DNA from: Bdellovibrionales bacterium RIFOXYD12_FULL_39_22
Lineage (GTDB): Bacteria > Bdellovibrionota > Bacteriovoracia > Bacteriovoracales > Bacteriovoracaceae
Direction of reading: 5' to 3'
Assembly: GCA_001770205.1 (NCBI GenBank)
Contig: MEQL01000010.1
Span: 1 to 55,611, forward strand
Length of the DNA: 55,611 bases
Of the stretch, positions 38,873 to 47,312 are shown piece after piece. Positions within the stretch are counted from its first letter, which is position 1. The number at the start of each line of letters is the position of its first letter. The position numbers and the translations under genes are program-made. Under the pieces are notes generated by a model. It was not told the DNA's origin, did not search any database, and saw nothing but the letters and a program-made list of their open reading frames with translations.

Positions 38873-40788
38873 TGGGTAAATCCTTCTCTCCATTTAATAT
38901 TGATAGTTATTTAAAAGTAAGCAGTGAAAAGTCGCTACTGCGCTTCACTACGGCCGGAAGCGTTGATGATGGAAAATCAACTCTTATTGGGCGCATGCTT
39001 TATGATTCAAAAACACTTTTTGAAGATCACCTTTCGGCCATCAAAAAAAATCCCGACAACATAGATTTTGCCCATCTAACAGATGGACTAAAGGCCGAAC
39101 GGGAACAGGGAATTACTATTGATGTAGCATATCGCTACTTTTCCACTCCTGGGCGCAACTATATTTTGGCAGACACTCCTGGCCATGAGCAATACACTCG
39201 CAACATGGCCACTGGAGCCTCCACTGCAGATTTGGCGATTATATTAATCGATGCGAGAAAAGGCGTTATCACTCAAACCAAACGCCACTCTTTCATCTGC
39301 TCTCTTCTTCGGATTTCTAATTTCATTATTGCCATTAATAAAATGGATCTGGTTGATTACTCCGAAGCTGTTTTCAATAAAATCAAAAGTGAATATCAAG
39401 ATTTCTCTGCCACCCTTGATCTTCATCAGATAAAATTTATTCCCGTTAGTGCTCTATTTGGCGACAATATTGTCACAAAAAGCAACAAAATGCCCTGGTA
39501 TGCAGGAGAATCAATTTTAGAATCTCTGGATAATACTTTTATTGGGAGTGGCCATAATTTACTAGATTTTCGCTTCCCAGTACAATTAGTTAGTCGACCA
39601 CATCATAATTTTCGTGGATTTTGTGGGCAAATTGCTTCCGGCCGCATCAAGGTTGGGGATAAAATTGTGATCCTACCATCTATGATAAAATCGGCCGTTC
39701 AATCTATAGAAACTTTCGATGGGCCACTGGCCGAGGCCTTTGCGCCTATGTCTGTCACCCTAACACTTGATGACGAAATTGACATTGGCCGAGGCGATAT
39801 GATTGTCAAAAAAAATAATCTTCCGCTCTCCACCAACTATTTTGAGGCCATGCTTGTATGGATATCCAATACTCCAATGGTGGCCAACAGTAGCTATCTT
39901 TTAAAACATACCTCTAACTCAACTAAAGCAGTAGTTGGCCATCTTTCATACACCATTGATATCAACACTCTTAGCAGAAACTTGACTCCCCATCTCTGTA
40001 TGAATGAGATTGGAAGAGTTACCATTTCTACTCATGAGAAAATATTTATCGACACCTATAAAACTAATCGCCAGACAGGATCTTTTATTTTGATTGATCT
40101 GCTTTCAAATAATACTGTGGCCGCTGGAATGATTATAGAAAAAATTCCGCAAGAGGACTTGTTCAAACGCTATAAACAAATTGATATCGATGCGGCCCAA
40201 AAAGTGCGCGAGATCCACCCTTCTGAACGTTTAGTTTCAAAGAGTGCATATGAAATTAAATTAAAACAACAAGGAAAAACTCTCTGGTTTACTGGGCTTT
40301 CTGGTGCTGGAAAGTCCACAATTGGACGATTACTAGAAAAAAAATTTTTTGATGAGGACAGATTCGCTATCTTGCTAGATGGCGATAATATTCGCGCTCA
40401 CCTAAATAGCGATTTAGGTTTTTCTGATGCGGATAGAAGCGAAAATATTCGAAGAGTGGCGGAAGTGGCAAAACTATTTAACAGTATGGGAATGATTGTC
40501 ATCACTGCCTTCATCTCTCCTTTTGCCAAAGATCGACTGAAGGCCCAAGAGATTATTGGAGCAGATAATTTTTATGAAATTTATATTGATACTCCAATTG
40601 ACCTTTGCCAAAAACGAGACCCTAAAGGCCTTTATAAAAAAGCGATCAATGGTACCATAAAAGAGTTCACGGGAATTTCTTCGTCCTATGAGCACCCGGA
40701 ATCACCATCTTTTATCTGTTCCACGCAAAATTGCCGGCCGGAAGAATCGGCCATGTCCATTTTTCAATTTTACCTTGAGAAACTATGA
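38872..40788 (+). CDS. cysNC: Bifunctional sulfate adenylyltransferase subunit 1 / adenylylsulfate kinase
   Basis: GSVDDGKST, EREQGITIDVAY, DTPGH, NKMD; C-terminal WFTGLSGAGKST, LDGDNIR, RDPKGLY, FTGISS. Confidence 0.95.
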   Translation: MGKSFSPFNIDSYLKVSSEKSLLRFTTAGSVDDGKSTLIGRMLYDSKTLFEDHLSAIKKNPDNIDFAHLTDGLKAEREQGITIDVAYRYFSTPGRNYILADTPGHEQYTRNMATGASTADLAIILIDARKGVITQTKRHSFICSLLRISNFIIAINKMDLVDYSEAVFNKIKSEYQDFSATLDLHQIKFIPVSALFGDNIVTKSNKMPWYAGESILESLDNTFIGSGHNLLDFRFPVQLVSRPHHNFRGFCGQIASGRIKVGDKIVILPSMIKSAVQSIETFDGPLAEAFAPMSVTLTLDDEIDIGRGDMIVKKNNLPLSTNYFEAMLVWISNTPMVANSSYLLKHTSNSTKAVVGHLSYTIDINTLSRNLTPHLCMNEIGRVTISTHEKIFIDTYKTNRQTGSFILIDLLSNNTVAAGMIIEKIPQEDLFKRYKQIDIDAAQKVREIHPSERLVSKSAYEIKLKQQGKTLWFTGLSGAGKSTIGRLLEKKFFDEDRFAILLDGDNIRAHLNSDLGFSDADRSENIRRVAEVAKLFNSMGMIVITAFISPFAKDRLKAQEIIGADNFYEIYIDTPIDLCQKRDPKGLYKKAINGTIKEFTGISSSYEHPESPSFICSTQNCRPEESAMSIFQFYLEKL

Positions 40789-43202
40789 ACCTAATTGGAA
40801 AAATTGAAAACATAAAAATACTTGAAAAAATGGGCAACAAGGCCCATTCTCTACATCTCCTTTGCAAGGAAAAATTCAACATCCCATTAGGCGCAGTAAT
40901 TATCTCCCGCACTGAATGCGATCGAAACAACTTGCAAAACATCATACAGTCCATCGGCAATTTCCCTGTGGCCGTTCGCTCCAGCGGACAACTAGAAGAT
41001 CTGGCCGATGCCAGCTTTGCCGGCCTATACGAAACAATATTGGACGTTAATAGTATGGAAGAACTAGAGGTGGCCATAGATAAATGCTTTAATTCGGCCA
41101 ATAGTGCTCGCGTCGTTGATTATCTAAAAAATAAAAAAATTTCATTCACCACTACAGAGCTAGAAAACAAAATATCCATCCTAATCCAGAAAATGGTTGA
41201 TGTTAAATACGCCGGCGTGGCCTTTTCCATTTCTCCTCTTTCTGGGCAAGAAGAACATATCCTAATTGAAACATGTAAGGGATCTGGAGAAAAACTTGTT
41301 TCCGGCAAAGTAAACCCAACTCAATATATTATCGACAATAGACAATTCAGGATTGTTTCGCAAACTGCTAGCGATGAACTAGTTGATCTTACCAGCATGG
41401 CCCTTGCCGATCTGGGAAAAAATATAAATCGTATTGCGGTTTATTTTGAACGGCCACAAGATATTGAGTGGGCCATTGATCAAGAAGATCGGTTATGGAT
41501 CTTACAATCGCGCCCCATTACCTCCATAAAATGGCGAGATGATATTGAAGAGTTTACCAACGCTGACTTAAAAGATGGCGGAGTCTCGGCCAGAGTATGT
41601 ACCCCAGTAATGTTTTCTCTTTATAATATCGCTATGGCCAACAGTATGCGTGATTACTTTAGAAATTTAAAGCTGCTTAGCTCAAAAAATAATCCGCGCT
41701 GGATGATTCATAGGTACGGCCGAGTATACTGGAATGCTGGCGTAACTAAAAACTTATTGAAAGCAGTTCCTGGATTTAATGAAAAAACGTTTGATCAAGG
41801 ACTAGGAATTCAAAAAGATTATGGCCGACAAGGACCTCACCAAACACCAACTACGCTGCGAACTATTTTAAAAGCAATCCCGGTAGTAATTGGCCTGAAA
41901 GCAGAATATAAAAACGCTCATACGCTGGCATTACAATTTAATAAGCAATTTGAACCACTAAATCAACTATATCTTCCTAAAGTCTATCATCTAGAAAAAT
42001 TTTCTGAGCAAGAATTTTTTTCTGACTTTATTAAAGTTATTAACGATTTTTTTCATCTAACTGAGATTAGCTATTTTAGAGTCATATACAATAATGCTAA
42101 TTTTCAAAGCGACTTCATCGAATTTTTTCGTAAAATTTCTGCCTCTCTAGGTCTTGCTGAAATTTCAATTATTGATCTTGTTGGAGGCCTTACAGATATT
42201 ACTCATATCGAAGTACAAAAAGGAATTATTAACCTCTATGATATTGCCAGACAACATGGAATGGATAGCAACTCCTTTAAAGATGCCCTGGCCCATTTTT
42301 TAAAAGATCACTACCACCACGGCGATGCCGAATTAGAAATTCAAACTCCACGCTGGGGAGATGATCCGACCTCCATTATTAAAATGATCAACAACCTTAT
42401 TCATTCTAGCATAGAACCTCATCGGCCAGAGGAAACGCAAAAAAAACAACTCGATAATTTCAACAAAGTTATTGAGCAAATTAAACTTGCTTTCGCTCGC
42501 GCAAGCTTAATGACAAGACTTACTATTAAGAGTAAATTTTATCGTGATTTATATAAAGTTCGCTCTTATCTTTCTCTCCGCGAAAAAATGCGGGAATACT
42601 CCACTCGCTGTTACTTTGTTGTTAGACGCTATCTGCTAGAATTAGGCAAAAGATTGGCACAAAAAAAATATCTTCAAAATCCATCGGACATCTTTTTTCT
42701 TCATATTGAGGATCTAATCGAAATTTGTTCTTCCAATAAAATCTCAACTGCTCTGTTAGAAAAATTGGAATATCAAAAAATGATGTATTACGCCTATTCT
42801 AAATTTGAAGCACCGAATGAATTTGGAAAAAATGTTCTACAAGTTAATGAAGATAGTTATATGGCATCAGGTGAAGGGATGATGGCCTTTTCGGGAATTG
42901 GATGTAGTCCTGGTATAGTGGAAGGTACTGCTCGCGTTCTGGAGGGCCTTGAACAAATAGAGCTTATTCAAAAAGGGGATATTTTAGTAACGAAATTTAC
43001 TGATCCTGGATGGACACCTACACTCGGTATCGTTGCGGGAGTAGTAACTGAAGTAGGAGGCGTTCTCTCCCACGCGGCCGTTATTGGACGTGAATATGGA
43101 ATTCCGGCCGTGCTTAACATAAAGGGAATAACAAAAAAAATTAAATCAGGCCAAAAAATTAGAATAAATGGCAACACTGGAGTAATTCACTTATTAAGTT
43201 AA
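40785..43202 (+). CDS. PEP-utilising dikinase-type enzyme (RPH/PigC architecture), copy 2
   Basis: GNKA, AVRSSGQLEDLADASFAG, DIEWA, LQSRPIT; HHGDAELE…PRW; TDPGW…GGVLSHAAVIGREYGIPAV. ATGA coupling to cysNC. Confidence 0.9.
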   Translation: MNLIGKIENIKILEKMGNKAHSLHLLCKEKFNIPLGAVIISRTECDRNNLQNIIQSIGNFPVAVRSSGQLEDLADASFAGLYETILDVNSMEELEVAIDKCFNSANSARVVDYLKNKKISFTTTELENKISILIQKMVDVKYAGVAFSISPLSGQEEHILIETCKGSGEKLVSGKVNPTQYIIDNRQFRIVSQTASDELVDLTSMALADLGKNINRIAVYFERPQDIEWAIDQEDRLWILQSRPITSIKWRDDIEEFTNADLKDGGVSARVCTPVMFSLYNIAMANSMRDYFRNLKLLSSKNNPRWMIHRYGRVYWNAGVTKNLLKAVPGFNEKTFDQGLGIQKDYGRQGPHQTPTTLRTILKAIPVVIGLKAEYKNAHTLALQFNKQFEPLNQLYLPKVYHLEKFSEQEFFSDFIKVINDFFHLTEISYFRVIYNNANFQSDFIEFFRKISASLGLAEISIIDLVGGLTDITHIEVQKGIINLYDIARQHGMDSNSFKDALAHFLKDHYHHGDAELEIQTPRWGDDPTSIIKMINNLIHSSIEPHRPEETQKKQLDNFNKVIEQIKLAFARASLMTRLTIKSKFYRDLYKVRSYLSLREKMREYSTRCYFVVRRYLLELGKRLAQKKYLQNPSDIFFLHIEDLIEICSSNKISTALLEKLEYQKMMYYAYSKFEAPNEFGKNVLQVNEDSYMASGEGMMAFSGIGCSPGIVEGTARVLEGLEQIELIQKGDILVTKFTDPGWTPTLGIVAGVVTEVGGVLSHAAVIGREYGIPAVLNIKGITKKIKSGQKIRINGNTGVIHLLS

Positions 43203-43227
43203 TCTCCTTTTTTATGGTAATATTTTT

Positions 43228-45045
43228 ATGAAACTACTTACGCAAAAGAAATTTTATCTTCTCGCTATGATATGCGCTATTATCGCAATCATGGTGAGGT
43301 TTTTAATTACCCTTTTTGATTTTTCAGGGCCCGCCATTCTCCAAGAGATAGAATTGTCAGAACTAAACTCCTACTACTTGCAAAAGGCCCCAGGATATTT
43401 TTCTCTTAACCCAGAAATAAAAAAAGAGCGAATATACTTGCTACCAGAACAATTTTTTCCCGTTTACACAACGGACTTTCTCTCTCCAAAAAGACATAAT
43501 TACGAACAATCTTTGCTCCAATTTAATTTTGCTAATTTTATTGCCACGCAAAATGCACATGATCTGCGCGAGGCCAAAATAAACTTCACCAAAAAACTAA
43601 AATTTATCCCATTGCAATTTCAATTTGAGCGCCCCTATCATTATTTTGCCAGTTGGGGAACGCTATTTCACCCTCCACTCCAAATGCCATCACTCCCGCT
43701 GGAACAGGTTGATTCCCTCTGGAAAAAAAGGCCTCTGTTTTCTTCACGGAAATTTTCTACGCCACTTTTTCAAAACCGCTTAGATCAAATAACTCGAAGT
43801 GAATTAACATCTGGAAATAAACTAACGTTATTGGCCAACGGTGATTCGCTTTCTCCAATTTTAAATTTGATTAATACCTCAACCCAATTTCTTTTTATTC
43901 AAATGCTAGTTATCGATTGCAATGGGCCATCGGCCCAAAGCGTAATTCAAGCAATTTCCCAGAAGGCCCAAGAAAGCATTGATGTTAGAATAATGGTCGA
44001 TGATCTCTATAGTCATCTCACTCCTCGATGTCTGGACCAATTACAAGCTAGCGGAGCAAAAGTCATTCGTATTCAAAATAGTAATGGCCGCTTTCATCCA
44101 GCGCAACATAGTTCTTTATTTCTCAATGATAAATCTCATTTGATCATTGGATCACAGGCCATATTTTGGGGATTTTTTCAATCAACAGGAACTAATTTTT
44201 TAGATCGTGATCTTTCTCTTAATCTTCACGGCCCGGCCACCACCGACGCCTTAGGTGAATTTTTATTTGTGTGGAATAGACATTACCAAGAAATGCCACT
44301 TAGGGACTACCATGCGCTCTATGAACAAAGACGTCGCCAGGAAATTGAACAAGGCATGCGAGGATCTGACAATTACAACAGTTGGTTAGCTACCGACTCA
44401 CCTCAAGGACTATGTCGATTTGCCGCTCAACGGCCCAAAGGAGAAAAAAGAGATTTAGAAATTTTATGGGCAGAATATGTAGCGGCCTCCAACGATAGTA
44501 TCGACCTAAGCAATGTAAAATTTCTTTTCTCCAATGATACTTCGTCAAATACTTTTAAATATATTACCTTACTAAAACAAAAGGCCGCCAATAATGTACG
44601 CATCGATCTTTTTGCTAATGGAATTGATGGCGGTAATGGTGAATTGACTATTGAGCTAAATCGCCTGACAGAAGATATTTTGCTGAAAGAAAAAAAAGGT
44701 ATTAGCTCTTGGATAGACAATCTCCTATTGGCCTTCTACCAAAAACAAAAGAAAAATGCGGCACTAAAACATGCCAAAATTAATTTTGAGCAATTTAAAC
44801 GTATTCTTCAGGGGCCCAACATGGCCGCCTGGGCCAACTTTAATTTCACTCACCATAAAGCTTGGGGATTTGATAAAAATGCTTTTGCCGTTACCAGTCA
44901 ACTTTTTGGCGAAGAATCTTTTAATCAATTCTATGATGCTGGAGTCCTCTGTTTTGATGACTCGACTCAAATTGAATTTGAGAAAATGCGAAGCGTAGAT
45001 ATCGCTAACTCCATTCCCTATCTTGAAGAAACTTTGAAAGATTGA
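43228..45045 (+). CDS. Phospholipase D / cardiolipin-synthase-like protein with a degenerate first HKD motif
   Basis: N-terminal TM; GNKLTLLANG, DVRIMVD, HSSLFLND (K missing), RDLSLNLHGPA, HHKAWGFD. Confidence 0.75.
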   Translation: MKLLTQKKFYLLAMICAIIAIMVRFLITLFDFSGPAILQEIELSELNSYYLQKAPGYFSLNPEIKKERIYLLPEQFFPVYTTDFLSPKRHNYEQSLLQFNFANFIATQNAHDLREAKINFTKKLKFIPLQFQFERPYHYFASWGTLFHPPLQMPSLPLEQVDSLWKKRPLFSSRKFSTPLFQNRLDQITRSELTSGNKLTLLANGDSLSPILNLINTSTQFLFIQMLVIDCNGPSAQSVIQAISQKAQESIDVRIMVDDLYSHLTPRCLDQLQASGAKVIRIQNSNGRFHPAQHSSLFLNDKSHLIIGSQAIFWGFFQSTGTNFLDRDLSLNLHGPATTDALGEFLFVWNRHYQEMPLRDYHALYEQRRRQEIEQGMRGSDNYNSWLATDSPQGLCRFAAQRPKGEKRDLEILWAEYVAASNDSIDLSNVKFLFSNDTSSNTFKYITLLKQKAANNVRIDLFANGIDGGNGELTIELNRLTEDILLKEKKGISSWIDNLLLAFYQKQKKNAALKHAKINFEQFKRILQGPNMAAWANFNFTHHKAWGFDKNAFAVTSQLFGEESFNQFYDAGVLCFDDSTQIEFEKMRSVDIANSIPYLEETLKD

Positions 45046-46244
45046 TTATCCTCGCCCTCTATGGGAACTATTTTTCGTGAGATAATCAAAGCTATCAGAC
45101 TAAAGACGATGGCCATCATTCCCACCCTTCCATAATTGGCCAATGTTCCATCGGCCTCTTTGACAACCACCATGCCAGCGATATAAGCGGCCAGCGCAGT
45201 GGTCAAATGCTGTACACTATTTACTAAACTCATAAAATTACCGCGATACTCACTTGGAACGGTGGCAGTAACTAAAGTCATTGCCGGGGCCATTCTTCCG
45301 GCCATTAATCCAAAAAAAAGTGAAACAACAAATATTGCAAACCCAATTGAACTAGGCCCAATATTAGTTATTAGATAGATGGCAATTAACGATAAGAGCA
45401 AGGCCATAGCAAAAACCTTCTTTTTTCCCAGCTTATCGGCCATGGCCCCAAATAAAACCGAAGAAAAAATTGTACACAATCCAGCGCCGATATAAATAAT
45501 GGGCAATTGCCCCTCTGCAATTTTGCCATTTAAAATTATGGCCGGGAAGAGAAAGGGTATAACAGAAAAATGTCCAAGAATAAGCGCAAACATAAACAGT
45601 AGAACCCATCGTCGCGAGGAATCTTGCAAAATAAATTTGAAAGTTGCCCAAGCATCTTGCCTATTATTACTTCTTAAATGTTTATCCATTTTAGGTAGTT
45701 TCAAAAATACTAAGAGGATCACCAACAAAGATACTACTGACAATGCCCCAAATGATGTTTGCCATGAAAATTTATTGGCCAAAAAAAGTCCACTTGGAAC
45801 TCCAAAGATTGAAGCGAAGGCAAAAGAGGACATCGTGATGCCTATCGCCGCCCCTCTTCTTTTGATATCAATTGCATCACTAACGATGGTAAGGGACAAC
45901 GCTCCAATAACCCCGGTAAAAATCCCCGTAAAGGTTCTGGCAAATACCAACATTAAAAAACTTTGAGCAGACGAAGTGCCAATCACTGCTACAAAAAATC
46001 CCAACATTGTAATCAACAACAATTTTTTCCGATCATATCGATCTAGAAAAAATGCGGCCAAGGGGCCGGCAAACCCCGCACTGGCAGTATAAACAGAAAC
46101 TAAAAAACTAAACTCCTGTGCCGTCAAGGCAAATAACCGCATAATTTGCGGCCCCAATGGCATCATCATCATGAAGTCGGAAAAAACGCAAAAATAGACA
46201 CTGGAAACTAAAAGTAATACTAACTTTTCTTTCTGATCAAACAA
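45018..46244 (-). CDS. MFS transporter (drug/metabolite efflux type)
   Basis: About 12 hydrophobic segments; motif-A-like LDRYDRK and ADKLGKK. Confidence 0.88.
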   Translation of the reverse strand: MFDQKEKLVLLLVSSVYFCVFSDFMMMMPLGPQIMRLFALTAQEFSFLVSVYTASAGFAGPLAAFFLDRYDRKKLLLITMLGFFVAVIGTSSAQSFLMLVFARTFTGIFTGVIGALSLTIVSDAIDIKRRGAAIGITMSSFAFASIFGVPSGLFLANKFSWQTSFGALSVVSLLVILLVFLKLPKMDKHLRSNNRQDAWATFKFILQDSSRRWVLLFMFALILGHFSVIPFLFPAIILNGKIAEGQLPIIYIGAGLCTIFSSVLFGAMADKLGKKKVFAMALLLSLIAIYLITNIGPSSIGFAIFVVSLFFGLMAGRMAPAMTLVTATVPSEYRGNFMSLVNSVQHLTTALAAYIAGMVVVKEADGTLANYGRVGMMAIVFSLIALIISRKIVPIEGEDNQSFKVSSR

Positions 46245-46337
46245 GGAAACCTCCTATCATCTTTTATGTGACAATATTTTATTAGATTTGCTACTATTTT
46301 AAAAGAACGATCTACTATTACTCAGGGAGGAACAGTC

Positions 46338-47312
46338 GTGAATGTATTAGTTACTGGTGCCAATGGTTTTTTAGGCCATTGGCTGGTTCAGGCCCTATGT
46401 AGAGAAGGCCATACTGTAAAGGCCATGCTTTCTACCTCCAACAAGCAATCTTCTCTTCAAGAATTACCTTGCAAAATAGTCCATGGTGATATCACCCAAA
46501 TTGAAAGCATCTCTTCTTTTTTTCCCGGAGTGGATGCCGTCTTTCACCTTGCAGCGGCCATCAGCTTTAAAAAGGCAGATAATAATAAACTGTATGCCGT
46601 CAATGTTGATGGAACGAGAAATATTGTTACCTTATGCCTATCGAATAAAATTGCTAAATTAATTCATCTCTCTTCCGTAGTGGCCATCGGTGCTTCTTCA
46701 AATTCGCAGACCTTACTCAATGAGCAATCTATTAACCATCTGGCCACCTTAAACGTTGCAAGCATTCAATCAAAAATATTAGGTGAAAAGATTGTACTCT
46801 CGGCGTGTCAAGAAAAGGGACTAAATGCCACCATTCTTAATCCCAGTCTTATCTATGGCGCAGGAGATGCCAAAAAAGCGATGCGACATAGCTCTGTGCA
46901 AGCAGCACGCGGGAAACTCCCTTTTTACACTGATGGAGGAGTAAGTATTGTAGCGGTAGAAGATGTTGTGGCCGCAATTTTATCGGCCTGGCAAAAAGGA
47001 AAATCTGGCCAACGCTATATTCTTAGCGGAGATAACATTACTAATCAGGAACTTTTTTTTTCTATCTCTAAACAGGCCAACGCAAAACCACCTAAAACCA
47101 AACTCCCGAATGCTCTTCTTCTCTCGCTTGCTCATCTTGCAGATTTTTTTAGAATTGATGGAATGCTTAGTATTGAAAATGTTAAAATTGCCACGATGTA
47201 TCACTGGTATGATAATTCAAAGGCAAAGCGCGAACTTGATTTCCATCCTCGTCCTGCACTAGAGGCAATAAAAAATTCTGTCTCCTGGATGCGTGAAAAT
47301 GGTTATTTCTAG
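46338..47312 (+). CDS. NAD-dependent epimerase/dehydratase (HpnA/DFR-like), catalytic Tyr apparently replaced
   Basis: TGANGFLG, HLAA, SSVVA, SIQSK in place of YxxSK, NPSLIYG; GGGAGG RBS with GTG start. Confidence 0.85.
   Translation: MNVLVTGANGFLGHWLVQALCREGHTVKAMLSTSNKQSSLQELPCKIVHGDITQIESISSFFPGVDAVFHLAAAISFKKADNNKLYAVNVDGTRNIVTLCLSNKIAKLIHLSSVVAIGASSNSQTLLNEQSINHLATLNVASIQSKILGEKIVLSACQEKGLNATILNPSLIYGAGDAKKAMRHSSVQAARGKLPFYTDGGVSIVAVEDVVAAILSAWQKGKSGQRYILSGDNITNQELFFSISKQANAKPPKTKLPNALLLSLAHLADFFRIDGMLSIENVKIATMYHWYDNSKAKRELDFHPRPALEAIKNSVSWMRENGYF

Noticed and set aside
18895..43202. Tambjamine/prodiginine pigment cluster (TamH-, TamQ/PigC-, PigH-like AOS and ACAD homologues are all present)
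   Set aside because: No proline adenylation enzyme, carrier protein, ketosynthase or O-methyltransferase in the window, and the AOS has no fused ACP domains
25029..43202. Sphingophosphonolipid pathway as in Bacteriovorax stolpii
   Set aside because: No PEP mutase or phosphonopyruvate decarboxylase is visible; the PEP-utilisers are dikinase-type, not mutases. Such genes could lie elsewhere in the genome
40785..43202. Housekeeping ppsA/ppdK or a rifampin-resistance rph gene
   Set aside because: Lacks the C-terminal PEP/pyruvate barrel; it is embedded in a biosynthetic operon with paralogues, so resistance cannot be claimed from architecture alone
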